Positions 27,259 to 42,377 of a stretch of 64,000 nucleotides of DNA are shown one piece after another. Origin of the DNA: Octopus sinensis (lineage: Eukaryota); assembly GCF_006345805.1 (NCBI RefSeq), contig NC_043004.1, positions 32,426,001 to 32,490,000 of the forward strand. The letters are read 5' to 3'. The position numbers and the translations under genes are program-made. The notes beneath the pieces were generated by a model. It did not search any database and was not told the DNA's origin. It saw nothing but the letters and a program-made list of their open reading frames with translations. How positions within the stretch are numbered: position 1 is the stretch's first letter; each line of letters opens with the position of its first letter.

Positions 27259-28888
27259 AGAAAATAAGGGAAAAATATGGCGATTGCTCTCTGTTATTGG
27301 AGGTGGATAATCACGTCCACTTTGTGAGTTCTGTGAAAAAAAGTCAAAACGAAGCTATGGGAGGTGATCTGAATTATCTCCCTTGGTCCCAAAGCCTCTA
27401 TGAGATGGTATAAGACAGTAAAAGTTTTCTGGAAATGTGCGCCGGGGTCAGAGGTTGGTATTTATGTAAGGTTGGAATGTATATTGGGGTTCTACAAGCG
27501 TAGGGCTTTTGGGAGGATGGGGATGTCGGGCGGGTGTCGGGACGATTAAGCACGTGTCTGTGTGTTCATCTGTATATGCTTATTTGTCTTTACTCTTTGC
27601 TTGATTCTCGGGATATAATTGTTGGAGAGTCAGAGAAGGAGAATCTAGCGATTATAGTGGGCAACAGCTAAAAATCACATTGCTTTCATCTGGGCAGCAA
27701 CTAAAGATCTCATTTCTGTAGTTTACGTAGATATCCGGGTGCTGAGAAGTTTTTAAATATGACTCTTTTCTCGGCTAAACATAGTCTGCATTTTATGATG
27801 CTATTAAAATAAGCCTAACACAAGACTTTCCGCTTTATGTGGTACTCCGTGGCGCTTTCCTTTAGCTGTCATACGTGTTTGGGTAGAGGTGTTGAACTGC
27901 GTCTCTCCGAGATATATAAAGTGGATTTATGGACCTTCTGCTGTTCACACATACTTTGCAACTTTGGTTACCCATTTGGGCCTTTTGATGTTACCTCTGC
28001 CTCATATACGAATTTTTACGCTTAAGGAGAAAGTGTTGTGGACCACAACACCTCCCGATGGTCTTTTCTTTTGGAGGGATTATAATCTGGCATGTAATTA
28101 ATCCTATCCTTAAATCCACTGGGAGCTAGTGCCTGACTGTAAAATGGGGGAATGACATCGAAAATTTCTTTACCTGAAGACAGGACGGAGATTTTTCTGC
28201 CTTCCTTTACCAGGTTCTTGAACACTAAGGTCGGATACGATGTATGTCAGCCTCTCGTTCAGGTTGTTAAAAGGCCTATGGAATCGGATTCCAAGTCAAA
28301 AGCCATGTCAAGGAAATCCTCCGTCTCCAGGTTGGTTTTTATTGCGACCTTCAGGTCCTGTTGGCGAGGCTCTTCCTGAGCCTATCGAATGTATAGCCGT
28401 CCGCTCTTCTCGATATTGCTAAATCATTGTCTTTGTAGTGGCCAAAGGTAATAAATGTGAAATTTAATACCAAAACAAACAACAAGGTTACACGTCAGCA
28501 TTGACGAATACGCCGATCGCTACGTCAAAGAAACCTTCTGGGTAAGTACACTTAGCCTAGGTCGACCTCTTTCTGGAAAGTAGAGTTCTTCTGGTGCGCG
28601 TGATAATGTGTATTTCCTCGTCTCTAATCACCGTGTAGGTTCTTGGGAAAACCAGTGACTTATACAGAAGCTTCCTCGACGTAGAAGGGTAAAAATCTAC
28701 CATATCAAAATGTGTGAACCTTGCTCCACTCCTACCGCTATTGGCTTTCAAGCATGTTATGACTCTGCTGGTATGTAGCACCAGAGAGCGAGGCCGGTGG
28801 CCTTCCTAAAGTCGCTGTTGATCTTTCTGATCAGCTGCTTATTCACCCCCATTAACGGAGAGCAGTCCCCATTTTTTTCATACCTGCA

Positions 28889-28972
28889 AGCTCTGAAGAG
28901 CACGCGGTATTATTTGACCGTGCTGTAACCTAATATTCGGTTCTAACACTTAGTGCGAAACCGATTGGTAAG
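28889..28972 (+). ncRNA. Hammerhead motif in the inverted pLTR
   Basis: agct CTGAAGA gcac..(~50 nt)..gtgc GAAA ccgattgg TA ag. Intact core, but helix I is short. Confidence 0.65.
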
Positions 28973-29179
28973 ACCGGTAGTAATAGATTTATAATACTGA
29001 AAAAAATGAGTCATATGCATGAGTACGTATGTACACACACATTACCTACGTACATGTACACACACACACATATGTTTGAATGTATGTTTGTGTGTGTGTA
29101 TGTGTGTGTGCAGACACATAAAAGCTATACATTTGAGATTCATAATATATGCATACACACACTTATTTATCTATCTACT

Positions 29180-29229
<50 letters not shown>

Positions 29230-29552
29230 TGCGTGTGTGTGTGTGTGCGTGCGTGTGTGTATGTACACGTACACACAATGTACGCAGACTGTTGTTTTTA
29301 ACAGCTTTCTCTGTGACATATGCCGGTCCGCAAGTATCTTTGTCGTTTAACTTGTAAAGTTCACTCTATCACTGTATGTTATTATGAATAATGTATGAGT
29401 ATCAAACCAATACCACGCCAATCATCTACTCTATACGTGTGTTTAAATGTCTCTAATATACCTATACACTTTCATATATACACATACAAACATATGCATA
29501 CGTGCGCAGCTAGGTACGTATGCTTAAAAGACGTGCAACAGAGAAGAAGCTG

Positions 29553-30005
29553 TTGGTGGTGGTGGTGGAAGCGGTGGTAGTAGCGGTGGTAGTGGCGGTG
29601 GTGGTGGTGGTTGTGGTGGTGGTGCTAGTGGTTGTGGTGGGGGTGGGGGTGGTAGCAGTGGTGGTGGTGGTGGTGGCGGCAGTGGTGGTGGTTCTGGTGG
29701 TGGTGGCGGCGACAGTGGTGGTGGTGGTGGTGGTTGCGGCGGTGGTGATGGTTGTGGTGGTGGTGATGGTGGTGGTGGTGGTAGCGGTGGTAGTGGCGGT
29801 GGTGGTTGTGGTTGTGTTGGTGATGGTGGTTGTGTTGGTGGTGGTGGTGGTGCTAGTGGTTGTGGTGGTGGTGGGGTGGTGGTGGTGGCGGCAGTGGTGG
29901 TGGTTGTGGTGGTGGTGGTGGTGGTGGTGGTGGCGGCGGCGGTGGTGATGGTTGTGGTGGTGGTGGTGGTGATGGTGGTGGTGTTGGTGGCGGCGGCGGT
30001 GGTGA
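29553..30005. repeat. (GGT)n microsatellite
   Basis: Direct inspection. Confidence 0.95.
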
Positions 30006-30261
30006 AGATATTGGCTATAATATCTCATCGTATCTGGTTTCAGACTTAACTTTTTACGTCATAACAGTACAACTATGTCAAGAAGATAAAAACTAAAATC
30101 GCTGATGGCTCTGCGAGTTGAGTTGTAAAGGTCAGATATTGTCAGAGCGACAAGTTGGAGGATTTGTTAAATGCGGTACAAGAGCTTCTCAAAGCTTTGA
30201 ACTTCGGCTGACATACAGGACCGTTGGTTGTGTGGAATAAAGAATACATGAGAAGGAGGTT

Positions 30262-30307
<46 letters not shown>

Positions 30308-30536
30308 GGAAGACAAGACTTGCCTAACGATATACATACATACGTACGTACTTATAAGTACACAGAGACACACTCACACACACACACACACTCACGCTCA
30401 CACATACACACACATAGACATACATAATACATATATTTATACATATACATGCATACATGCAAAAATACAGATACATACGATATACATACGTATACATATA
30501 AAGATATATATGTATATATGTATATATATATATGTA

Positions 30537-30609
<73 letters not shown>

Positions 30610-30625
30610 ATATATTATATATATA

Positions 30626-30678
<53 letters not shown>

Positions 30679-30774
30679 TACATACATATAGACATATAAA
30701 CATATTAGCATTTATACATACATACAAAGATACATTCACATACGATATCCCTAAGTATACATATACATACACCA

Positions 30775-30813
<39 letters not shown>

Positions 30814-31327
30814 TTGATAAGAAGATACGGGAAGAGTTAGAAAGAAAGAAAGAAAAAAGAGAGAAGAAAAGAAAGATAGTTAGAGAGGGGTGTGTGGGAG
30901 AAGGTGAATAGAATAATTGCATTGGCAATGGAAGAAGGGAAGAAAATTGAGAAGGAAGGAAAAGAGTTAAAAGGCTTGTTAAAGAGAGACGGAGTGTGTG
31001 TGTGTGTGTGTGTGTGTGTCTGGGTATTGGTATTGGTAAAGGGAAGGTCAAGAAGAAAAACATTTTGAAGACAGAAAAAGATTGGCGGGTGGAAGTAGAT
31101 GAGTATGAAGGAGGAGGAGAAGGAGGAGAAGAGATAAGACGAAAAGAGGTGGGGGTTGAAGTTGGTAAAAGAAAGAGATAAGAAAATGAATGTAAGAAAG
31201 ACGGAAGGTAATTTGACAGAAGAAAGAATAAAGAAGGAACTAAAATGAAAGAGCCAAATAGGAAAAAATAGCCACGCCAATGCATCTTAGGAAAGAAAGC
31301 AAGACAGTAATTACATGTTTAACTCAG

Positions 31328-31369
31328 CAGCTACCGGTTTCGCTTACTTGAGACGACCTAGTCATGCTG
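31328..31369 (-). ncRNA. Hammerhead variant with A3-U8 core
   Basis: Minus strand: cagc ATGACTA ggtcgtctcaagtaagc GAAA ccgg TA gctg. Helix II pairs poorly. Confidence 0.45.
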
Positions 31370-31644
31370 AATAAATATATTGAAATAAATTAATCTTGCA
31401 TACTATCAGTACTGGAAGCTCGCATGGTTTTCTTATAAAGATTACATGGTATAGTATTTCGTTTCCTTCTGATTGTTGCTGGGTAGTAGTTAAAAGCCGA
31501 AAATGGAAGTATGAAAATAATATTGAACATTAATTTTGGAGATAAATTTTGCTGAAGGAGAAGGTTCTTTTAGAAAACCAGAAACTCAATGACACTGGTC
31601 TTATATCCACCAAATCTATGCATATACAAACATACATACATATC

Positions 31645-32023
31645 GTGGCGCTCCGTCGCTTACGACGACGAGGGTTCTAGTTGATTCGATCAACGGAATA
31701 GCCTGCTCGTGAAATTAACGCGCAAGTGGTTGAACACTTTACAGATACGTGTACCCTTAACGTAGTTCTCGGAGAGATTCAGCGTGACACAGAGTGTGAC
31801 AAGGCAGGCAGCCCTTTGAAATGCAGGTACAACAGAAACAGGAAGAAAGAGTGGGAGAAAGTTGGAGCGAAAGAGTACAACAGGGGTCGCCACCACCCCC
31901 TGCCGGAGACTCGTGGAGCTTTAGGTGTTTTTGGTCAATAAACACAACGCCCGGTCAGGGAATCGAAAGCGTGATCCTACGATCACGAGTCCGCTGCCCT
32001 AACCACTGGGCCATTGCGCCTCC
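31645..32023 (-). mobile_element. tRNA-derived SINE (related copies 52258-52632 -, 43028-43316 -, 20111-20298 -)
   Basis: Head ggaggcgcaatggcccagtggttagggcagcggactc...ttcgattccc with A/B boxes, and a shared body. Confidence 0.85.
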
Positions 32024-32549
32024 TGTCGTTGCTGATGTTTCTGCCGACAACTACAATGGTTGTGACTCATCCAACAACATCGACGACAGCCATGGCAACG
32101 GTGGAGGCGGCAGCGGTGGCAACGCATTATGCGATAGAAACACTAGCACCGATTGCAACGACCGCGGCACCAGATTCATTATCGTCTTCTGTCTTCCACT
32201 TTTTAACCTTCCCTTATGCTGAAAATAGTAGTCAAATCCCCATTAACTATATTTGCCCACCTCCCCCGGAGTAAATATATATTCTTCTTTACTTGATAAG
32301 TTAGAAGAGAAAGGACAACATCCATGACTTCTCACATGGCCTCACGTAACTAGTTGAAGGAAGGGAAAGTTAACCTTCCGGATGGAGACCTGACTCGAAT
32401 GCTTGCACCAGAATATCTTTTGTTAAAGGCACTGAACAGTGAAATCAAGGGTTTCTCAAAATGAAGTGAATTTAACCCCCACCAGAGATAAATTTCGTCT
32501 ATTCAGAGAGTAAATTTACTGATTCTGGATTTGTATATGATAATTTAAC

Positions 32550-33720
32550 GTAAAGTGTACTAGCCATCTGAATGTGGCTAGCCACTGGGGGTGGGGTGTT
32601 ACTGATGCTTTTAGCCCCAGGAGATCAACGTCACCAGCTGGCCTTAGACACAAAATTTCAGTGCCCTTGTGTTATTTGCAAAGGGAGGTCATCCTCCCTC
32701 GAAAACCTAAGTGATACATACGGACTATAGTTTCAAGGTAATTGCCTCTCGTCAACGCATGGTAAACACCGGTTTTCGATGAAGGAGACCCTCTGCAAAT
32801 AATAATATTTAACGTTTTTCACAGCAACCACAGTCACTGATTTAGAAAAACTGTTCAGAGATGTATTAATGCTTATATGATAATTGTTAATTATTATTTT
32901 CCAAAATTTGAAGCCGAAAAGAAAATTTTGAAGTGGCTTCTCTCTTTCATGCAACTTGCTCTGGCTGATCTCCGCTTCATCCTTCTATCGTCTTTTTTCT
33001 CTGACGAAACGCATTCAAAATTTTTCTCTGTTTGTGTGGCTTTATTTGGATAAAGGTACATTTACGATATTCCTCTTTCTGTTTGTCTCACATCAAAAGA
33101 CTCCTTCACTGTTAATATATCTATTTTCCCCGTTATTGTCCTAGTTTTATGCCTCTAACCTCCATTTTCCAGCTATAAGACTTGACTTTGTTTTGCTCTA
33201 TTTCCCACTCTAGAACTTTCTTGACAAGCGACTGTGTGGTTTCCTGCACCGAAATCGTATTGATGCTGGATAGAAACCCGGCTGACTAAACAGACGTGGA
33301 TAGCTTCCACGTCTGTTTATTGTTCCTTCCGTTAATTGTTGTAAACGTTATAAAACTGATGGATAGTTCGATGGCTTGTAATGCCAAATTTGACACCACT
33401 TCACCAGTAGAGTTGCCTGTCTTCTTGTCCAAGGTGTAACAGTTTCTCAATGTGCCTACGCTGTCGCTACTGCAATTATTGCTCCTCCCCCAGAACTTTC
33501 TGATTTCGTGCCATCTCTGGTATAACCCAACCGATTCACTCATTTTTCTTTCTCTGGTCACACATACTGTGTCCACAACCCGCTTCATGTCTTGCACTAA
33601 CCTCTACAGCCATTCCTTCTCCCCCAGAACGTCAGTCACCTGCATTTTTTCTCTTTGCTCATGTTTTTCCTGTATCCAGACTTGGAAGATATGTGAAAAT
33701 TATGGACACAACCCTTTCTG
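32550..33720 (-). mobile_element. Highly decayed LINE remnant (possibly RLE-type)
   Basis: Purine-rich, coding-like minus strand with only faint motif remnants. Confidence 0.3.
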
Positions 33721-34072
33721 ACAGACAAAACCATAGTTTTGTTTTTTATTAAGGAAAAAAGAAAAAAAGAAAAACAAAACGTTAGAGAAACCGGAGATAA
33801 TCAACTACATAGTGGCTCGTTGGTATATATATATATATTGTTATATTTCGGAATGGTCATTTTGCCAGTTTAGCCAATAAAAAATCTTGCACAACAAATA
33901 TTTAAACGTATATATATAGATATATAGAAAATAGTAAAAAGTGAAAAAACTACAGAAGGCTTGTTTTAAAAGGTTAAAAAATATATATTTGAGTCATTAT
34001 GTCAGAAGAATGTTATAAATTTTTTTCATACAATGACATAGTTTTTGAAGAAATGACACACATACTTTCTCA

Positions 34073-34137
<65 letters not shown>

Positions 34138-34565
34138 ATATTATATATATATGGACAAGAACGCAAAACATCCAAATAGACGATACAAAAAACACGGACG
34201 GGTCATTCGAAGCCTCTAATCTTCAGTCAAGAACCGGATCATCTTCGCAATTTCGGCTGATTAATCTTGAGATTGCTCCAATCGGGCCAGCCCCAAGGAA
34301 AAACTAAGCTACGAGCAGTAGATTCCTTGGAAAAAGGATCGAATGTATACGAAACAAGGACAAAAAAAAAGAAAAAGAAACGGAGAATGTTACACGAATA
34401 TAAATACAAAAAACAAAAAAAAAATAATACGAATATAAATACAAAAAAACACAATAATAATAATAATAACAGGATATAACAGGCGTCTTTCAACTCAGAC
34501 GAATTGAATTCAGCTGGCGTATTTGAAAAATAAGGCCTTACGCCAGACGAAGAAAACGGTGTTAA

Positions 34566-34889
<324 letters not shown>

Positions 34890-35966
34890 CAGCTTATTCC
34901 AGATGTGAGATGTTTAGCAGGTGCAAACATATGGACAGGTTTCTTTTATCGAACTGGAGGACACCGCCCGCTCTGGACTGAGTTGTCTCTTAGAGTTTCA
35001 CATATTTTCTGTTATTTTGTTATGTAGCAGCTGCACTAATTGTGATTTCTGCAACCAGGGAGGGCAGGGAACTTAGTTTTCTTACATTCGTTTCGTTATT
35101 CTCGTTACATTTTTTGAATCAACCACCTTTGCGGTTTTTTTTAATGTAATTTTAAATTTTATTCTCTCACTGCTCCGCGTTCTAGTTTTTAAAATATATC
35201 TAACGCATAAACAGAGCCTATAAGAATTGCTTGGTGATGCACGGCGTATTTTATAAATGTTCATTTGAAGTATCATAAAAGCATGAAACTATTTAATAGC
35301 TCTTTCGGTATGTGTATTAAATTAATATAATAATGACGACGACATTTATTATTAGTTTCCAAGGAGACAATTTCCAATCTCCCCGCCTCTAAGTCTCTCT
35401 CTCTCTCGCTCTCTCTCTCCTTCCAGCTCTCGTTATCAAAATATTCGCGCGCTTCTGTCCACATGCACGTAGTTTATTCACCGTCTGGTTTTAGCCAAAA
35501 GATCTCAAGAACGAAAACAAGAACGCCAATCGTACACGATAATTAATGTCACGCTATAAGGAAGGAACCGACTAAAAGATCAGCAATTCTTCAGTCTTCA
35601 ACTTGTATCTCTGATGTGTGTGTGTGTGTGTGTATGTATCATTTATGTGTGACTTAGTGTCACTTTGCGCATATACATATATATGGGTGTAGAGCCGAGT
35701 GCGCGCCCGTGCGTCTCTATGTAAATGTATGTGCGTTCGCGCGATCGTTGGCGTATGAATATATTTAGGTTTATTGTAAGAATATGAATCAGTTTTACTG
35801 TGTATGTCTGTGCGCTGTGTGTATGTGTATGCGTGTTCGAGTCTCGAATTCCATCATTTGTTTTTTATCTATTTATTACCATCGACTTTACAGTCACATT
35901 GCATTGTACGTACGTGTGTATATATGTATGTTTGTATGTATATGTGTATGTATTTTGGTATGTATG

Positions 35967-36020
<54 letters not shown>

Positions 36021-36025
36021 GTGTG

Positions 36026-36067
<42 letters not shown>

Positions 36068-36203
36068 ATGTATGTATTTTATGTATGTATGTTTGAGTGT
36101 GTGTGTGTATGTCTGGGTGTGTTTGACAGACAAGAAATGAATAAAAATAGCTCAATACAATGCGAATAATTATTTGAGAAACATCTATGTACGCATGTGT
36201 GCT

Positions 36204-36262
<59 letters not shown>

Positions 36263-36646
36263 CACACACACACACACACGCACACACACACACGCATTAG
36301 ACGGTTAGTATTTCCCCCAGCTATACACACAACAGTCGACATATTACGTCTTTTGTCTTAAAGATAAAATTTGTATAGTTTATTGTTTCGTAACGTTGAG
36401 AGGGTGACTCTTTATGTGAGGATAAAAATTGTTGCTGTTCAGGGTACAGTAGCGGTAAAATGGTGGCGGTGGTGGTGGTATGGTGGTGGGACGGTGGTGA
36501 TGGCATTGACGTTGTTTGGCTTCCTTGGACAACAACAGGCGCCAAGACAGTTAATGCCCACACACACACACACATTGTATATCCATTCAACCTGATTGCA
36601 CAGGTAAAGGAAACTATGAGAAACATCTATGATTTATATATATATA

Positions 36647-36683
<37 letters not shown>

Positions 36684-37080
36684 TATATATTATATTTATA
36701 TATATACATAATATATATATTATATATTATATATTAATATATATATAATATATATTGTATATATATTATATTATATATGTATACTATATAATACTATTTC
36801 CTATACATATACCATATATATATGTTAGGTATATATAGATATAGTATATATATATATATACGTATATATACAAGTTAAGGTATGCATACTTGCATACAGT
36901 GTGTGCCATACCATACAATAATGCGTGGCACCACACACCCCCCAAACACACAAACACATACATACGCACACAGACCTACGTAACGTCGCGCACTTTGCCT
37001 ATGGCTAAAGCTTACAACTAACCGTATTCGCTTGCAAGTCTGTGCATATATGTGCGTCTCTCTCTCTCTCTCTCTCTCTA

Positions 37081-37145
<65 letters not shown>

Positions 37146-37401
37146 CTTACTCTCTCTCTGTCTTAATATCTTCCTCTGTTAATCTCTCTCTCTCTCTCTG
37201 TCTTTCGCTCTCTCCCTCTCTCTCTCTCTCTGTATGTTCACACGTTCACATATCTTTCGTACGGTAACATAGACGTATGCTTTCTCACACGTAACTAATT
37301 GTAAACATATAATGGCATGCAATGTCCGCATGTTTGCATCAATCTTCTATACATATATGTTATTCGCCCACATACATTTTCACATCTCTCTCTCTCTCTC
37401 T

Positions 37402-37452
<51 letters not shown>

Positions 37453-37679
37453 ACACACATACACACACACACACACACCCACACAAACACACACACACAC
37501 ACACACATACATGCAGGTTTATTACAGGTTTTACGCGCACACAAACAGACAGATACACATACGCACACACTCACACATACCTGATTATATATTACATAAG
37601 ACTATTCTGTAACCAGCCTGTGTGTGTTTTTATATATTATATATGTATGTAAATATATATATATAGAATATATATATAT

Positions 37680-37711
<32 letters not shown>

Positions 37712-37898
37712 TATACATACATGTTTACGAACACATGCTTACGACATCACGCACGCACGCAGATATAACCACGGAAGTCTGTGTTTTGTTCGCCTAATTT
37801 ATGCAAATAAAGATAACCTGACGCATTCATCTTTCCATGGAAATTCGAAAAAAGAAACCTAACTCATTGAAAACAGCTGCCTTTTATATCCATGCATT

Positions 37899-38295
37899 CT
37901 CTTCTTCTTCTTCTTCTTCTTCTTCTTCTTCTTCTTCTTCTTCTACGTCTTCTTCTTCTTCTTCTTTTTTTTCTTCTTCTTCTTCTTATCCCCCTCCTCC
38001 TCCTACGCCTTCTTCTTCTTCTCCCTCTCCTCCTCCTCCACCTTCTTCTTCTTCTTCTTCTTCTTCTTCGTCTTCTTCTTCTCCCCTCCTCCTCCGTTCC
38101 GCCTTTACTACTTCTTCTTCTTCTTCTTCTATTTTTTCTTCTACTTCTTCTTCTTTTTCTTTTTCTTCTTCTTCTTCTTCTCTTTCTTCTTCTCCTTCTC
38201 CTGCTCCTCCTTCTCCTGCTCCTCCTGCTCCTGCTCCTCCTCCTCCTCCTCCTCCTCCTCCTCCTTCTTCTTTTTCTTCTCCTCCTCCTCCTTCT
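37899..38295. repeat. (CTT/CCT)n microsatellite (another at 57881-58370)
   Basis: Direct inspection. Confidence 0.95.
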
Positions 38296-38573
38296 CATCC
38301 AACCAATTTAAGGTTGTATGTCGAACAAAGTAGAAGAACTGGCTGTTAATGTCCAGGTGTGCAGGCAACAACCAGTTGCTACAAACCAACCCCAGTTTCT
38401 TGCAACTTACGTCAATAGTTGCTTTTGCTTCACATCGCCTGTAAATGGCCGCCTGCATTTTACTTCTCACCAATCATTAATGATAAAATATGTTAGCAAG
38501 CAACCAAGTTCCAATTGTAATTAGCTAACTGCACTATAATCAAAGAGCAATGAAATAAATAAATATTACATTG

Positions 38574-38574
<1 letters not shown>

Positions 38575-38605
<31 letters not shown>

Positions 38606-38785
38606 TGTATGTATGTATGTATGTATGTATGTATGATGTATGTTATATGTTTGTATGTATGTATTATGTATGTAGGGAAGTATGTATGTAAGTATGTATG
38701 GTATTATGTATGATGTATGTATGTATGTATGTATGGTATGTTTGTATGTATGTATTATGTATGTATGTAGGGAAGTATGTATGTA

Positions 38786-38816
<31 letters not shown>

Positions 38817-39120
38817 TGTATGTATGTATGTATGTATGTATGCATGTATGTATGTTTGTATGTACGTACGTATGTATGTATGTATGTATGTATGTATGTA
38901 TGTACGTATGTATGTATGTATGTATGTACGTATGTATGTATGTATGTATGTGTGTATGTGTGTATGTATGTATGTATGTATGTATGTATTATGTATGTAT
39001 GTACGTATGTATGTATGTTTGTATGTATGTATGTATGTATGTACGTACGTACGTACGTACGTATGTATGTATGTATGTATGTATGTATGTATGTATGTAT
39101 GTATGTTTGTATGTATGTGT
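38575..39120. repeat. (TATG)n microsatellite
   Basis: Direct inspection. Confidence 0.95.
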
Positions 39121-39122
39121 AA

Positions 39123-39420
39123 AGGCGCATGGCTTAGTGGTTAGGGTATTCGACTCACAATCGTCATGTCGTGAGTTCGATTCTCGGCGGCGCGTTGAGT
39201 AAGGTACTTTATTTCACATTGCTCCAGTCCATTCAGCTGGCAAAATTGATTTGTACCTGTAATTCAAAGGGGCCAGCCTTGTCAGATTTTGTATCATGCT
39301 GAATCTCCCTGAGAACTACGTGTCTGTGGAGTGCTCAGCCACTTGCACGTAAATTTCAGAAGCAGGCTGTTTCGTAGATCAGATTGACTGGGACAAATCG
39401 TCGTCGTAACAGACGGAGGA
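39123..39420 (+). mobile_element. tRNA-derived SINE
   Basis: Head ggcgcatggcttagtggttaggg...gagttcgattc. Core shared with 47270-47492; tail shared with the 31645 and 52258 copies. Confidence 0.8.
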
Positions 39421-39729
39421 CCGGTGAAATATATTCTACTTCTACTCGTTTTGTACAAGTCTAAGTCCCTTGGCTGCTGGAAACAGAGCAAATGAATAGT
39501 TGAGCTGATGACGTCTATTGAGGTAGAAACTCGTGATCACGACTACCGCCTTATCCCCAGACAATAAGATGTCACTTTTTCTTAATGGTTGGTCAATTTT
39601 AGAGAATTCACGATTATTGAGATAGTCTCCACTTTTCATATGGAACCGGTCTTAAATACCATTTGGTTATTTTAACACAGAATCCAAAGTCAGAGAATGG
39701 TATTCATATACCCTTATTTGTGAACACAC

Positions 39730-39771
<42 letters not shown>

Positions 39772-39774
39772 AGA

Positions 39775-40860
39775 CATCACTATCGAGAGCATCCAGCGAA
39801 TAGCTAACTCCATCCACCAAAGCATTGTAGTAACAGTAGATTACCCTAATAAGAACTCAACTACAAGCTACTGGTTTTAGACACTGAACTCTAGCTGGAA
39901 ACTAGGAATAACAAGATGCAAATTCTCTATCCACACTATTCCAAAGCTATGGCTCCCATATATCCGGTCCACCGGAACACAGCAATTACACATAGTATCA
40001 AGTTCAAAAGCGAACTTGGTAAGGGTGAGAAGAAACGCGTCCCGCATGTGCGACCCAACAAAATTAGAGAGGCACATACAGCACTTCATTCACCGCATGC
40101 AGTTTTCTGGCTACAGTCAAAGAGACAGGATAAGGGTGAACAATGGAGCTATGGCTAAATTCAAGACCATATTGGAGAATGTTGGACACGGGATTTTCCT
40201 CCTAAACAGAAGCAAATCCTGGAACAGCATAGAAAGAACTAAGAAGATAGGTAAGGCCAACTTATGATATGGCAGCAAAAAATACCGGACTGTTATGTTC
40301 GTCGATGCTACCCCTGGAGACGAACTAGCATATCATTTTAGAATAGCCCTAGGTAAACCGAATTTACGGATAAAAGAAGTGAAAGGTTAGGTACCTCCAT
40401 AAAATCCCTGATTTGTAGAACATCCCAATTTGAGAGAATTCCTTGTACTGATAGGAACTATATAGTGTGTAGAGTAAGTCCACAAATAAGCTGCAAAACT
40501 AAGAATGCAGTCTATAGTATAAGGTGTACAGAGCGACGGTGCAGAAGCAACAACGACGTATTTTGAAGAGACAGCCCGTAGCATAAGTAAGAGGATAAGT
40601 GACCATTGGCGGGAACTCAGAGAGGAGAAAACTCGCCAGTGCTATACCAACATGCTAAACTAGAGCATGGGAGTTCGATAGATAATATATATGTTAGGAG
40701 GCACAACACTCAGACAGATTACGGAGGCCACACACATAATGGAAATTAGACCGAATCTCAACAGAAAACGTGAATGGCATAATAACACCCCTACTCCATC
40801 ACACCCCGCAACTCGACGCTTAAGGACAGAATAAGACAGATAAATAAAATGAATAAATAA
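39775..40860 (+). mobile_element. Penelope-like element fragment (second clade)
   Basis: IQRIANSIHQSIVVTVDYP, ILYPHYSKAMA, RMQFSGYS and a decayed GIY-YIG region. Confidence 0.65.
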
Positions 40861-41678
40861 GAGACACGGGTACAGTGTAATATACAAACCCATGTACACG
40901 TATACAAGACACCCATACACATTTGTGAGTGTGTGCGTGTGTGTGTGTGATGGTGGTGGTGGTTCGCTTCGATGAAAAAGTGTTCAGCAACACACGATCT
41001 GTGGATAACGACCATCATCCCTATGGCTGCCTGTGTACAGGGAGAAAGCTGAAGACTCCCAATAGTATCCCAGTCTGTCCCCGTCGCCTCTTTTCCTATC
41101 GCCGCGGGTTATAGGAGTAAATCTAAATCAATTTTAAAAAATATCCTTGCATTTCCTCTTTTTCTTGTACAGGTTTGTTCAGTTTCTACAGTTTGTCTCA
41201 CTTTCTAACTTGTTGTACTGCATCCAGGTTCTTTAGAATTTAGTTCTTCAGCATTGTTTTTCCGCCATGTACTCCAGAGAATTTAATCATTCATTCACAG
41301 AAATTTATTTTCAGTGCTATGCAATATAAAATTTAGTAATTATTTTGAAAATAGCTGCGAAAGCAAACTTAATAACTGACGTAAGTTAGTTAAAACGGAT
41401 TTCTATTTATACGTATTTAAATTATAAAATAAATTCAAAGCTAAAACATTTAAAATCTTGTCTTTTTTTTTTATAGAATTAATTTTAAACGATATAAAGT
41501 TATTAAATTGAAAACATTTACGTCAACGTTTGTTTATCTTGGAGAAAATTACAAAATTATCACACTTAAATTATCTGAGTAAGTACCAACTATTGCAACG
41601 TAACTGACTGCTTATATTACCATGTGGGGTTTGTGTGTGTGTGTGGTGGTGGTGTGTGTGTAACGTACATGTATATAT

Positions 41679-41742
<64 letters not shown>

Positions 41743-41771
41743 GCATATATATATATAATATACACACACAA

Positions 41772-41803
<32 letters not shown>

Positions 41804-42197
41804 GTATGTATGTATGTATGTGTGTGTATGTATATATATGCGTATGTGTGTATACATACATACATACATGCATGCATACACCTTTCCAGATCGAAAATTC
41901 GAAATTAAACATCGTATTATCCCCGCAGCACTTCCTTCTGTTTGGCTGTTAATATATGTTAATATATGTTTATATTTGTTAATATATGACTGAACGTAAG
42001 ACACGATGTATAGCAAGTTCCGCAAAACACAGCGCTATATTCGCTCCAATTTATTATTACTAACAACCATTCGTCACCCACTGAACAAGTATGGCTTGGT
42101 AATATGTACCATGCTTTTGCTAATTGTTTAAGGTGCCTGTGAGCTGGCGAGGAGACATAGGCACTCTATCGACTGCTGACCAAGGATGTGATTGGTG

Positions 42198-42279
<82 letters not shown>

Positions 42280-42377
42280 AATAGAGAGGGAGAGGGAGAG
42301 AGAGTTTTTATAGATCCCAGTACTGTGAAATGAAGTGTCTTGCTCAAGATTAATGGAATTAATCCTTTCTACTCTAG

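Larger units (their letters stand above)
27090..29000 (-). mobile_element. Penelope-like element, 5'-truncated, with inverted pLTR copy
   Basis: RT remnant FTHFDMVDFYPS, FLDMAFDL, and GIY-YIG region. Homologous agctctgaagag...gaaacc..ttrgtaaga motifs at both ends in opposite orientation. Confidence 0.8.

Noticed and set aside
38300-38530. Possible exon between microsatellites
   Set aside because: A donor-like gtaagt is present on the minus strand, but there is no good acceptor or recognisable peptide.
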